This document shows positions 15,429 to 25,010 of a stretch of 28,369 nt of DNA, one piece after another; within the stretch, counting starts at the first letter, position 1, and every line of letters starts with the position of its first letter. The position numbers and the translations under genes were made by a program. The stretch lies in the IMG/VR virus record IMGVR_UViG_3300020045_011929, positions 1-28,369 of that record; one strand, 5' to 3'. The DNA comes from a virus (lineage: Duplodnaviria > Caudoviricetes). The notes under the pieces are model-generated. The model did not search any database, was not told the DNA's origin, and saw only the letters and a list, made by a program, of their open reading frames with translations.

Positions 15429-15454
15429 TTAATTAAATTTAATACTTATATTTG
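15429..15454 (+). promoter_or_regulatory. Rightward promoter with conserved 14-bp box (copy 1)
   Basis: TTAATTAAATTTAA-N4-TATATTTG. Confidence 0.7.
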
Positions 15455-15477
15455 CATCAACATTAAAAAATATAAAA

Positions 15478-15669
15478 ATGGGAACAAAAAAACAGATTGA
15501 AATTATTCGTGAAAAATGCGAAAATGCAGGGTTAAATATTTACGATGTTTTTCGTGAGGCAAAAGTGCCAGTTGTGACGGTTTCGAATTGGACACGCAAA
15601 GAACCCGATGCGTTTAATACGGTAAACAGAATTAACGAGGCGATTGAAATTTTAAGTAAAAAAGAGTAA
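15478..15669 (+). CDS. Cro-like helix-turn-helix regulator
   Basis: 63 aa, first gene of a divergent operon; NIYDVFREAKVPVVTVSNW fits an HTH. Confidence 0.6.
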   Translation: MGTKKQIEIIREKCENAGLNIYDVFREAKVPVVTVSNWTRKEPDAFNTVNRINEAIEILSKKE

Positions 15670-15671
15670 TT

Positions 15672-15917
15672 ATGAAAATCACATTGTTTATAATAGCTAT
15701 GCTTATTTTAGGATTTCATTTAGCGAATACTAAAGTAAACTTTAAACCGTTTTCGATTAATTTCGAAACTCCTTACTATCCATTTGCGGTTTTGTTCTTG
15801 GTATTGTCCATTTCGTTGTTTCAAATTCAATCTGAAAAAACGGCATTCAAAAAAGGATTTGAACAAGGCGTAAAAAAATCAATTGAAGTTATTGAGGCTT
15901 TTAATATCGAAAAATAA
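15672..15917 (+). CDS. Small membrane protein
   Basis: Two hydrophobic segments, followed by KKGFEQG. Confidence 0.65.
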   Translation: MKITLFIIAMLILGFHLANTKVNFKPFSINFETPYYPFAVLFLVLSISLFQIQSEKTAFKKGFEQGVKKSIEVIEAFNIEK

Positions 15918-15920
15918 CCT

Positions 15921-17504
15921 ATGCTGCACCTCAGAGCCTATCAGACAAAATGTGTAGCTGGTGTTCGTGAATGTTTTAGAAATTTGATAAAATCAGTTTT
16001 ACTTGTGCTTCCAACAGGGGGCGGGAAAACTGTAATTTTTACTTATATTTCACAGCAATCATCTATCAAGAAAAAACGCGTGCTTATACTGGTGCATCGT
16101 GTAGAATTATTGCGTCAAACATCGAATGCGCTTAATCGTTTTGATGTTGACCACGGAATGATTAACCCACAATATACGCCTAATTTTAATGCGAATGTAC
16201 AAGTTGCCAGCGTACAGACTATTATTAAACGATTGAACTATTTGACCGCTGTAAATTGGGTTCCCGACATTATTGTAGTTGATGAGGCACACCACGCAAC
16301 CGCTGGAAGTTGGCGAAAAATTATTGAATACTTCCCAGAATCTAAAGTTTTAGGCGTAACGGCAACTCCTATTCGTTCAGATGGTCAAGGACTTGGAAGA
16401 CAGTGCGGGGGAATGTTCGACGAATTAGTTGAAGGCCCGACAATGGCGTGGTTAATGGACGAAGGATTTTTAGTAAGACCTCGAATTTTTGGAACTGCTC
16501 AAGAATTGGATTTAGCAAGCGTTCGCAATTCGATGGGCGACTATGCAAAAAATGACCTTTCGAATTTAGTTGATAAACCAAAAATTACGGGATCGGCCGT
16601 CGACCATTATAAAAAATTATGTTCCGGAACGCCTGCAATTGTATTTTGTGTAACCGTGGCACACGCTGAACACGTTGCGGAGGAATTTCGCAATGCCGGT
16701 TTTCGATTTTATTCCATTGATGGCAATACCGAGGATGTTATGCGAAAGCAGTTGATTGACGGCTTAACAAATGGTTCAGTAGATGGATTGACATCCTGTG
16801 ATTTGATTGGCGAAGGCACGGACATTCCGAGAGCTACAACTGGTATTGAATTAAGGCCAACTCAAAGCAAAGGATTGAATTTTCAACATAGAGGACGGGT
16901 TTTGCGACCAGTGTATGCGCCTGGTTTTGATCTTGAAACACGTGAAGGACGGTTGGCGGCTATCGCAGCAAGTGAAAAACCTTATGCGTTCATTTTAGAC
17001 CACGCAGGAAACACAGAAAGGCACGGTTTGCCGTACGATATTCAAGAATGGACATTGGATGGAGAAACTAAAAAACGAGGTAAGAAAAACCAAGAAATAG
17101 CTATCCGTGTTGATATGTGCGAAAGTTGTTTCACGATGTATGAGCCAGCTCCAGTTTGCCCAGAATGTGGACACGTAAACAAAAAACGTGATGCTACACC
17201 TAAACAAGTTGAAGGCGATTTACAAGAAATTACAGCCGAAATGCTTGTGAAAAAAGAAAAGCGAAAAGAACAAGGAAAATCGCAGTCGTTAGAAGACTTG
17301 AAAAAATTAGCTGCCGAAAGAGGTTATAAACCAGGGTGGGCAAATGCTATATTTACTTCACGTGAAAAGAAAGCCGAAAAAATAGAACTTGAACGCCTTC
17401 GAATTGAAGCGGAACGTTTGGAAAAACTCGAAACCGAATGCCTTCAAGAAATTAAATTCGATGAAATTCCTGCAGGCGAATTTGATGATGATTTAGATTT
17501 TTGA
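15921..17504 (+). CDS. SF2 DEAD/DEAH-box helicase with C-terminal Zn ribbon
   Basis: LRAYQ, PTGGGKT, DEAHH, TATP, QHRGRVLR, CESC...CPEC and RGYKPGW motifs. Confidence 0.95.
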   Translation: MLHLRAYQTKCVAGVRECFRNLIKSVLLVLPTGGGKTVIFTYISQQSSIKKKRVLILVHRVELLRQTSNALNRFDVDHGMINPQYTPNFNANVQVASVQTIIKRLNYLTAVNWVPDIIVVDEAHHATAGSWRKIIEYFPESKVLGVTATPIRSDGQGLGRQCGGMFDELVEGPTMAWLMDEGFLVRPRIFGTAQELDLASVRNSMGDYAKNDLSNLVDKPKITGSAVDHYKKLCSGTPAIVFCVTVAHAEHVAEEFRNAGFRFYSIDGNTEDVMRKQLIDGLTNGSVDGLTSCDLIGEGTDIPRATTGIELRPTQSKGLNFQHRGRVLRPVYAPGFDLETREGRLAAIAASEKPYAFILDHAGNTERHGLPYDIQEWTLDGETKKRGKKNQEIAIRVDMCESCFTMYEPAPVCPECGHVNKKRDATPKQVEGDLQEITAEMLVKKEKRKEQGKSQSLEDLKKLAAERGYKPGWANAIFTSREKKAEKIELERLRIEAERLEKLETECLQEIKFDEIPAGEFDDDLDF

Positions 17505-17525
17505 AAATTATTTTAAATAAATAGC

Positions 17526-17554
17526 TTGTTAATCAAATTTAAGTATTATATTTG
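17526..17554 (+). promoter_or_regulatory. Promoter with conserved 14-bp box (copy 2)
   Basis: TTG-TTAATCAAATTTAA-N4-TATATTTG. Confidence 0.7.
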
Positions 17555-17584
17555 CGTATAAAATAACTGTAAAATATAGAAATT

Positions 17585-17665
17585 ATGAAAGCAATAATAT
17601 TTTGGATAGTCGTAATTATAGTGATAATATTAATTCACTTCGCAACATCACCGGCATATAGATGA
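17585..17665 (+). CDS. 26-aa hydrophobic peptide (not in the ORF track)
   Basis: MKAIIFWIVVIIVIILIHFATSPAYR*; first ORF after the promoter, with an ATGA overlap to the next gene. Confidence 0.55.
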   Translation: MKAIIFWIVVIIVIILIHFATSPAYR

Positions 17666-17886
17666 AAAAAATTTCACAAGTATCTAAAGAATGTGGAATT
17701 AAACGTTATTTGGTAGATGAAATAATAAGGAAAGAAGGTTTTGTTTTATCAAAGGACAGGTTTAAAATGCTGTCCAAAGAGCAGGAAGACCTAATCCATC
17801 AAATCTTATATTTTGAAGGCAAAATAACCGAAATTACATTAGAAAGTAAAATGAACATTCCAGAACCAATTCCAAAACAAGAATAA
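17662..17886 (+). CDS. Hypothetical protein, possible HTH
   Basis: KKISQVSKECGIKRYLV resembles a MerR/excisionase-type N-terminus. Confidence 0.55.
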   Translation: MKKISQVSKECGIKRYLVDEIIRKEGFVLSKDRFKMLSKEQEDLIHQILYFEGKITEITLESKMNIPEPIPKQE

Positions 17887-17911
17887 TTTTCTGATTTTAA
17901 AAAACGAACTT

Positions 17912-18343
17912 ATGGCAGGCATAATTTTCACCCCGAAAAAACTTGAATTCAAGATTTCAGAAGCTAAACGCAAAGCAGGTAAAGAGTGTTGTGCTTACGG
18001 GTGTAAATCAGTTCCAAATCCAAAGAAAATCGGTTTATGCCATAAACATTATGCAATTTATCGAAGGCAAAAAGACCCAGTTTATGACCGTTTTGTGAAT
18101 TTCAAGGGTAATGCCTTAAGGCGTGGAAAAACGTTCGAAATTACGCTATCAGAGTTTCGTGAATGGTGTTTAGAAAAAGGATATATCATCAAGAAAGGTA
18201 TGCGGGGTATGCGTTGTACTGTTGATAGAGTCAACAATAAAATAGGTTACAGAATTGATAACATTCAATTACTGACTATTCAGAAAAATATCGAAAAATA
18301 TAACACAACGGATAAAAATCACGAAGATTATACACCGTTTTAA
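17912..18343 (+). CDS. HNH-like endonuclease with N-terminal Cys/His cluster
   Basis: CCAYGC...GLCHKHY, FEITLSEF and TVDRVNNKIGYRIDNIQLL motifs. Confidence 0.65.
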   Translation: MAGIIFTPKKLEFKISEAKRKAGKECCAYGCKSVPNPKKIGLCHKHYAIYRRQKDPVYDRFVNFKGNALRRGKTFEITLSEFREWCLEKGYIIKKGMRGMRCTVDRVNNKIGYRIDNIQLLTIQKNIEKYNTTDKNHEDYTPF

Positions 18344-18354
18344 AATTGGAAATT

Positions 18355-18594
18355 ATGTCAGAAAACTTAAAAACACGTAGAGAACACCTTCAAAAATTAC
18401 CGCTTCAAAAACGTTTACAGGCGATGGAAAACATTAGAAGAAAAGATTTGTTTAGTCAAGGAGTGAAAAAGACTTTAGAAATGGAGTGCCATATAGATTT
18501 AGTTTTAGCAGGCTGTTTTACATACCAAGAGACAAGACAAGGGCATTCTTATTGGTGGAGTATTAATTGTAAATATTACGGATATGTCAAATAG
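18355..18594 (+). CDS. Hypothetical protein
   Basis: ATG at 18355 preferred over the listed start; contains TYQETRQGHSYW. Confidence 0.6.
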   Translation: MSENLKTRREHLQKLPLQKRLQAMENIRRKDLFSQGVKKTLEMECHIDLVLAGCFTYQETRQGHSYWWSINCKYYGYVK

Positions 18595-18988
18595 TCAAGA
18601 AACAAACCTCGTTCGTAAAATTATGCTAGAACTTGGTAAAAACCCAGCAATCAGGATTTTCAGAAATAATGTCGGAAAATGTTGGATTGGAGCTAGTAAA
18701 AAATTTACGAAGGCTCAACACGTTTTCGTTGTTCCTGGAGATGTTTTAATCCAAAATGCACGTTATTTTGATGCTGGTTTATGTCCAGGAAGCTCCGACC
18801 TTATAGGCTTGCAGGCTGTGACAATAACGCCCGAAATGGTAGGTAAAACAGTAGCTTGTTTTGTAGCTATAGAGGTAAAATTACCTTCGGGTCGTGTTCA
18901 GGAAAATCAAATTAATTTTCTTGAAATGGTTAATAAATTAGGAGGAAAGGGGTTAATAGTTAGGGATGAAAATAATATAAATATTTAG
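18584..18988 (+). CDS. VRR-NUC domain nuclease
   Basis: RIFRNNVG...GSSDLIG...FVAIEVK...GRVQENQINFL...GG. Confidence 0.9.
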   Translation: MSNSQETNLVRKIMLELGKNPAIRIFRNNVGKCWIGASKKFTKAQHVFVVPGDVLIQNARYFDAGLCPGSSDLIGLQAVTITPEMVGKTVACFVAIEVKLPSGRVQENQINFLEMVNKLGGKGLIVRDENNINI

Positions 18989-18991
18989 AGA

Positions 18992-19711
18992 ATGATATAC
19001 ATGGGTTCTAAAAATCGGATAGCAAAAGAAATATTACCGATTATTCTAAAAAATAGAAAAGAAGGTCAGTTTTACGTAGAGCCAATGGTAGGCGGTGGTA
19101 ATATGATAGATAAAGTTGAAGGAAATAGGATTGGAAGCGATTTTAATCCTTACGTAATTGAAGGCTTAAAATTAATAAGAGATAATCCAGAATTACTTCC
19201 TAATTCGTTATCAGAGCAAGAATATCAAGAGTTGAAAAACAAAAAAGAATTAAACGGAATTACAGGGGTTTTGGGTTTTGCCTGTAGTTTTGGTTCTAAA
19301 TGGTTTGGTGGTTATGCTCGTGGAAGCTCTAATAATTATGCGTTAAATGCTAAAAAAAACGCATTAAAGCAAAGTTTGTTTTTACAAGGAATTGATTTTT
19401 TAAGTTGTTCCTATAACGAATTAAAATTGCCTCCAAATAGTATTATCTATTGTGACCCACCATACGAAGGAACAACGTCTTATAAGAACGGATTTAATCA
19501 CTCCGATTTCTGGCAATGGTGTAGAGAAAAAACAACCGAAGGGCATATTGTTTATGTTAGTGAATATAATGCACCAAATGACTTTGAATGTGTTTGGGAA
19601 AAACAAATAACCACTTGTTTTTCTGGCTACGGAACTTTAAAACCAACCGAAAAACTTTTTATTTACAACCCAAACAAAACCGACGCTTTCAACGAAAACT
19701 TAGACTTCTAA
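18992..19711 (+). CDS. DNA adenine methyltransferase (Dam/D12 class)
   Basis: YMGSKNRIAKEI, YVEPMVGGG, IYCDPPY and VSEY motifs. Confidence 0.9.
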   Translation: MIYMGSKNRIAKEILPIILKNRKEGQFYVEPMVGGGNMIDKVEGNRIGSDFNPYVIEGLKLIRDNPELLPNSLSEQEYQELKNKKELNGITGVLGFACSFGSKWFGGYARGSSNNYALNAKKNALKQSLFLQGIDFLSCSYNELKLPPNSIIYCDPPYEGTTSYKNGFNHSDFWQWCREKTTEGHIVYVSEYNAPNDFECVWEKQITTCFSGYGTLKPTEKLFIYNPNKTDAFNENLDF

Positions 19712-19914
19712 TGCAGACTAAAAAACACTCAATAATAGAATCGATTACTCAAACAATTATCGGTTTAATTACTTCAATTTTAATTCAAGTTATTTTATAC
19801 CCTATTATGGGTATTCCAGTAACTTTTTCACAAAATTTAATAATCACGACAGTGTTTTTTATTGTATCAATTATTAGAGGTTATTTTATACGTAGGTGGT
19901 TTGCTATTAAATAA
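19711..19914 (+). CDS. Conserved phage small membrane protein
   Basis: Likely start is the ATG at 19711 (MQTKKHSIIES...SIIRGYFIRRWF), coupled to the MTase stop. Confidence 0.75.
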   Translation: MQTKKHSIIESITQTIIGLITSILIQVILYPIMGIPVTFSQNLIITTVFFIVSIIRGYFIRRWFAIK

Positions 19915-19917
19915 TTT

Positions 19918-19957
19918 TAATACGGTTAAAATTAAAAACTTAATCGTATTATTTTTT
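19918..19957 (+). promoter_or_regulatory. Inverted repeat upstream of the primase (terminator/attenuator or operator)
   Basis: TAATACGGTTAA-N10-TTAATCGTATTA (11/12 match), followed by T6. Confidence 0.45.
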
Positions 19958-20000
19958 AACCTAAATTTACCGTCCTGCCAAAACTTCCAAAACTTATCAA

Positions 20001-22793
20001 ATGAACATATCAGAAATAAAACAAAACTATCGAATTGAGGAAGTTATAGGGCAACATATTTCATTGAAAAAACAAGGCCCTGAAATGGTGGGTAATTGTA
20101 TTTTTCACTCAGATGACCACGCTTCTTTAAAAGTCAATCCAGTCAAAAAAAAATTCAAGTGCTTTGCTTGTGGCGCGGGGGGTGATATGATTGATTTTTT
20201 CGAGTTGCAAGGATATTCAAAACCCGAAGCAATGAAATTAATTCAAGACAGATCCATTGTTTCGATAGCTGAAACTGCCCCAAAAATTCAGGAACCAATT
20301 TGGATAAATGCCATTCCTGACCAAAATAATTTACCAGACGTTTCGAAATTGACTTTCAAGGATTACGGCAATCCATCGAATTTCTGGGCATACCACGATG
20401 AAAACGGAAATGTAATTTCTTATGTTTGCCGTTTTGATTTGACCAACGGTAAAAAAGACGTAATTCCTTATTCCTATAAATCAAACGGTAAAACTGCACG
20501 TTGGCAATGGCGAGGCTTGGATACACCTCGTTTGCTGTATAATTTACACGAAATCGTAAATAATCCGACTAAAATAATTTTACTTGTTGAAGGCGAAAAA
20601 ACAGCCGAAGCCGCTAAATTATTGTTTCCAAAATACGTTGTCACCACTTGGATAGGCGGGGCAGACGGTGTGAAAAATGCCGATTGGACACCGTTACACG
20701 GTAGAAAAATATTTTGCTGGGCAGATAATGATATTCCGGGACTTCACGCAATGTTTGGTGGCTGGAGCTACAACGAGAAAACCGAAAAATATAGACGTGT
20801 AAAAGGAATTTCCGAAATGTTTGAGGCTAGTTTTAAGCAAATAAAAAACAGTCCAGAATTTCCAAAAAAATGGGATGTTGCTGACGCTGTTTGGACACCT
20901 GATGAAGCCTTGGAATACTTACAGGCGAATAAATCCGATGTGCCAACGGTTTCAGAACACGCCCCAAATGAAATCCCAGAGGCAGTTATTAATTTGCCTT
21001 CAAGAATTAATGTGCAAATCGAGAATAAAATAATCGAACTGGAACAGCCTGAAATTATCCCACCTGTTTTTAGTCCTGAACCGCCCGAAGAAATCGAAAC
21101 GGAAAACGTTCCAAAAAATCCATATTTCAAATGCCTTGGTCACGAAAACAACGGAGGCACAATTTATGTATTTTTCAACTATCGCACCAATTCAGTAATT
21201 CGTTTTACTTCATCCAGTTTTTCAGGATCCACAATTTTACAACTCGCACCACTCAACTATTGGGAAGGAAATTATTCGAAGGATGGACGTTCAGGAGGTG
21301 TGAAATTCGATATTTCACGAATTACGGATACGCTTATTTCTATTTGTTCAAAACTTGGAATTTTTGATAACAATATGATTCGTGGGCGTGGAGCTTGGAT
21401 GGACAAGAAATCGCCAGTAATTCATTGTGGCAGCCACTTAATTGTAGATGGTGTTGCGAAACGATTTTCAGACCATAAATCACGATATATTTATGAAGCC
21501 GGGAAAGAACTAGGTTTCAATTTATGCAGTCCATTAAAAAAACACGAAGCTTATAAGTTGGTTCAGATGCTGAATCGTTTGAATTGGTCACGACCTTTGG
21601 AGGCTAAATTACTGGCTGGCTGGATAGTTATTGCGCCTCTTTGTGGTGCGTTGAATTGGCGACCTCATTTATGGCTTACTGGAGCTTCTGGTTCTGGAAA
21701 GTCCGAGATTATAAAAATGTTTGTTAAAAATTTTATGCGTGAAATGTTTGTCGATGCGCAATCAGAGACAACCGAAGCAGGTATAAGACAATTTTTGCGT
21801 GCCGATGCTTTGCCAGTAATTTTCGATGAAGCTGAATCCGAGGACAAAAAATCAGCCGAAAGAATGCAAGCGGTCTTGAACATTATGAGGGCTTCTAGTA
21901 CTTCTGATGGTGGAAAAATTATCAAAGGAACAGCCGGAGGTGCCGCAACTGAATTTAATATACGTTCGTGTTTTGCATTTTCCAGTATTGGAGCAGCCAT
22001 ACATCAGCGGTCGGACCAATCGAGAATAACTGTATTGGAAATCAAACCCGATTTATCCGAGGACAAAAAACAACGTTGGACAGAAACGCTTAAAATTTAC
22101 TTCGAAACCGTTACAGAGGAATATGTGCAGGCATTTCAGAGCCGTTCAGTGTGGTTATTACCTACAATATTAATGAATGCTAAGGTGTTTTCGAATGCGG
22201 CCGCAATAGTGTTAAACAACCAACGTACAGGCGATCAATTAGGGATACTTTTAGCGGCTTATTATAGTCTGACTTCAGAAAGTATAATTTCGCTGGATAA
22301 TGCAATGAAATGGATGATTGACCAAGATTTATCCGAGGAAAAACTCGCCAACGATACCCGTGATGAAATAAAACTGATAAATCATTTAATGAGTTGCGAT
22401 ACCGAAGTTGAAACCGTTTCGTATGGCAGGATCAAAAGAACTATTGGCGAATTAGTTATAATTGCACGTGGCGATGTTATTTCAGATGATGAATCACATC
22501 GTGTTAATTCTGATTTGGCCAACGAAACTTTGAAACGCCTCGGAATGAAAGTTTCTGGATTCTGTTTGGTAATTTCCGACAACTCGGAAAAAATAAAACG
22601 ATTCTTGGAAAACACATCATATTCAAGAAATTACCATACTATTTTACGCAGGGTTGAAACTGCTGAAAAAATAATCAATACAACATTTGGAGGTCATATT
22701 AAATCGAATGCCACTAAAATAGATACTCGAGCGATATTTGGAGAGTTTGAGAATCCAGGGATAAGTGACACTCAAAAAGAATTATTCGATTAA
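20001..22793 (+). CDS. Primase-helicase (CHC2 Zn finger + TOPRIM + P-loop NTPase)
   Basis: CIFHSD...FKCFACG, LVEGEKTA, WADND, KWDVAD, Walker A GASGSGKS and Walker B VIFDE. Confidence 0.9.
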   Translation: MNISEIKQNYRIEEVIGQHISLKKQGPEMVGNCIFHSDDHASLKVNPVKKKFKCFACGAGGDMIDFFELQGYSKPEAMKLIQDRSIVSIAETAPKIQEPIWINAIPDQNNLPDVSKLTFKDYGNPSNFWAYHDENGNVISYVCRFDLTNGKKDVIPYSYKSNGKTARWQWRGLDTPRLLYNLHEIVNNPTKIILLVEGEKTAEAAKLLFPKYVVTTWIGGADGVKNADWTPLHGRKIFCWADNDIPGLHAMFGGWSYNEKTEKYRRVKGISEMFEASFKQIKNSPEFPKKWDVADAVWTPDEALEYLQANKSDVPTVSEHAPNEIPEAVINLPSRINVQIENKIIELEQPEIIPPVFSPEPPEEIETENVPKNPYFKCLGHENNGGTIYVFFNYRTNSVIRFTSSSFSGSTILQLAPLNYWEGNYSKDGRSGGVKFDISRITDTLISICSKLGIFDNNMIRGRGAWMDKKSPVIHCGSHLIVDGVAKRFSDHKSRYIYEAGKELGFNLCSPLKKHEAYKLVQMLNRLNWSRPLEAKLLAGWIVIAPLCGALNWRPHLWLTGASGSGKSEIIKMFVKNFMREMFVDAQSETTEAGIRQFLRADALPVIFDEAESEDKKSAERMQAVLNIMRASSTSDGGKIIKGTAGGAATEFNIRSCFAFSSIGAAIHQRSDQSRITVLEIKPDLSEDKKQRWTETLKIYFETVTEEYVQAFQSRSVWLLPTILMNAKVFSNAAAIVLNNQRTGDQLGILLAAYYSLTSESIISLDNAMKWMIDQDLSEEKLANDTRDEIKLINHLMSCDTEVETVSYGRIKRTIGELVIIARGDVISDDESHRVNSDLANETLKRLGMKVSGFCLVISDNSEKIKRFLENTSYSRNYHTILRRVETAEKIINTTFGGHIKSNATKIDTRAIFGEFENPGISDTQKELFD

Positions 22794-22806
22794 TTTTAAA
22801 AATTAG

Positions 22807-22836
22807 TTGTTTAATTGATTTTAATGTTTATATTTG
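22807..22836 (+). promoter_or_regulatory. Promoter with conserved 14-bp box (copy 3)
   Basis: TTG-N19-TATATTTG, containing TTAATTGATTTTAA-N4 just before the -7 element. Confidence 0.7.
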
Positions 22837-22864
22837 CGTATTATTAATTTAAAAATTTATCAAA

Positions 22865-23149
22865 ATGTATAATCAAGATTCAATAATAGAAGAAAGGGCT
22901 AAATCTTTGAAGTCTGAACTGGAAAAGATTCGAGACGATTTTAAAACAAATTTAAAACCAACCCTTTTAAAATATGAATACAGTCCTTTGACACATTCTT
23001 TGTTAGAAAAAATACAAAGAGAAATTGACTTTTTCTTGAGTAACCACCGATTAAGAATATCAGTATATGTGTCAGTTTTAAATCAAAATTTATTCATAAC
23101 TGGAAGGACTTTGATTGACGAAATCGTTTGGGAACAGATTCAATTATAA
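22865..23149 (+). CDS. Hypothetical protein
   Basis: 94-aa ORF after the promoter. Confidence 0.65.
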   Translation: MYNQDSIIEERAKSLKSELEKIRDDFKTNLKPTLLKYEYSPLTHSLLEKIQREIDFFLSNHRLRISVYVSVLNQNLFITGRTLIDEIVWEQIQL

Positions 23150-23176
23150 ATAAACAACAACTTAAAACTCAAAAAT

Positions 23177-24916
23177 ATGTCAAAACTATCAAAACCAAAA
23201 TCCTTCTCGGTTTCAAATGAAATTATTGAAGTTGATTTCCAAGGCACGACCTGCCAATGCGCCAACTTGTTAAAATCAGGAATTACCAATCAAACTATCG
23301 TCTTAATTGATTATGGTGGTAAATGGCACGAAATAAATGTGCTAGACCACGGAGGAGACGATTCTAACTTGCAGGCGTTTGCGAATTTCATTGAAACGAT
23401 GAATCTAGGACTTGTTGACCTTGGAATTATATCCGAAAAAGTAAAAACTGATTATTCGTTAAAGCATCAAGATTTTATGGAATTATCCGAAAAATTTCCG
23501 CCTCACGATTATATTCAAATTTCGAAATTGAATGATTACAACGTGAAACAAGGGTTGAAAGACAGTGTTTACGAATTAAAATCGTGGCTACAAGTTTGCC
23601 AACGTGACAAAATTTCAATTGACGAATTAATCCAAAATAGAGAAATCGAAAAACAAGAAATTATTAATGAAGAAAAATCAAAAAACATTATGAAAGCAGG
23701 ACAAGTAATACCAGGCGAATATGCGCCAGAAGTTCCAGAAGTTCCAGTTGAATCAATTGAGGTTGTTGACGTTGAAGTAGTTAACAATTCTCCAGCGGAA
23801 TTCATTGAAGTAAAAACTGGGTTATCTGGCGAACAAAAAACATCGGCTTTGGTTGCAGAATTCAATTTACCGAAAACACCAGCCAAAAAACCAATTTCAT
23901 TGCAGGTATTCGAAACCTTAACACCTGAACGAATTTCAGAGCTGCAAGGGTTAAACGAACGACAATTGCAAATCGTTAAGGAAAATCCTGTGGTAAAAAC
24001 CATAACTGACAAAACCAGTTATGAGTTGGCCAAGAAAACCGCTGCTGTGTTATTGAAAGCTTCAACCGCTATTGATGGAAAAGAAGGCATCCAGACGTTA
24101 GGAATGAAATATTTGAATAATTTCAAGGATTTATTCAAAAAATCAACCGATCCGATTATTAGAATTACCCGAGACCCATACGACGAACAAAAAACAATTA
24201 TTTCTTCTTGGGAGAATTCCGAGTTACTTCGTGAACAAGCCGAACAGCGTGCAAAATTAGCAAAAATTAAAAAACGTACTGATGAACTATTTGCGGTTCC
24301 GTTTACTTTTAACGGTACAATTTATAGCATTGGAACGGTCTACTGCACGCCTTCACAAGTTGAAACCGCTACGGATGAAGATTTTGCTGTTATTGTGGAA
24401 AACGGTAAAACGATAAAACAGGCGTTGGATGCTGAAGCGTTGAAAAATGATGCCAAAGATAAGGAGATTGAGGATTTGAAAGCTAAATTAGCTGCATTGA
24501 CTGGATTAGCCGAAATGAGTAATACAGAACCTGAAACTGTAGTTGTTCATAAACCATCAGGAAATGGCCCAACACAAACTGTGCCAGTAGAATTAAAATC
24601 ATCACCCGCAAATCAAGTGTCTAATTTTATGAATCCTAATGTTACCGAAAAACCGGCAGTTACTGTACCAACAAACACGACTATTCCTGCTTATGTTTTA
24701 CCATCCATTGAAAACACGCTGTTAAATGCCTTGGATTTAAAAAATGCTGAACACTTGGAAAAACCCGCATACATCAAATGCCGTGGATATTACGTTCAGG
24801 GATTGATTGACGTGGCTAAGGAGATAGAATTTATCTTAAACGATGCCGTGCCAAATCCTGTCAAAAAATCGGAAAGAATCAGTAATTTATGTACAATTCT
24901 TAAAAATTCAAAATAA
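23177..24916 (+). CDS. Large hypothetical coiled-coil protein
   Basis: 579-aa ORF with heptad-rich segments and Pro/Thr/Val linkers. Confidence 0.75.
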   Translation: MSKLSKPKSFSVSNEIIEVDFQGTTCQCANLLKSGITNQTIVLIDYGGKWHEINVLDHGGDDSNLQAFANFIETMNLGLVDLGIISEKVKTDYSLKHQDFMELSEKFPPHDYIQISKLNDYNVKQGLKDSVYELKSWLQVCQRDKISIDELIQNREIEKQEIINEEKSKNIMKAGQVIPGEYAPEVPEVPVESIEVVDVEVVNNSPAEFIEVKTGLSGEQKTSALVAEFNLPKTPAKKPISLQVFETLTPERISELQGLNERQLQIVKENPVVKTITDKTSYELAKKTAAVLLKASTAIDGKEGIQTLGMKYLNNFKDLFKKSTDPIIRITRDPYDEQKTIISSWENSELLREQAEQRAKLAKIKKRTDELFAVPFTFNGTIYSIGTVYCTPSQVETATDEDFAVIVENGKTIKQALDAEALKNDAKDKEIEDLKAKLAALTGLAEMSNTEPETVVVHKPSGNGPTQTVPVELKSSPANQVSNFMNPNVTEKPAVTVPTNTTIPAYVLPSIENTLLNALDLKNAEHLEKPAYIKCRGYYVQGLIDVAKEIEFILNDAVPNPVKKSERISNLCTILKNSK

Positions 24917-25008
24917 TGAAACATTTTTTTCAACATAAAAAACCCCAATTAATTTTGGGGTTAATCATCGGATTTTATTTTGTAACCAGAATTCTAATAA
25001 ATATTTAA
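24916..25008 (+). CDS. 30-aa hydrophobic peptide (not in the ORF track)
   Basis: MKHFFQHKKPQLILGLIIGFYFVTRILINI*; TAATG-coupled upstream and ending 2 nt before the next ATG. Confidence 0.5.
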   Translation: MKHFFQHKKPQLILGLIIGFYFVTRILINI

Positions 25009-25010
25009 TT

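Noticed and set aside
15367-15669. Lysis-lysogeny switch
   Set aside because: Divergent promoters and a Cro-like gene are present, but no CI-like repressor or integrase is in the window, so lifestyle cannot be called.
19588-19710. 5' extension of ORF 19588..19914
   Set aside because: It overlaps the MTase; the coupled ATG at 19711 gives the recognisable protein.
15921-19711. Helicase + nucleases + MTase as a restriction-modification or defence system
   Set aside because: SF2 helicase, VRR-NUC and an orphan Dam-like MTase are ordinary components of phage replication modules.
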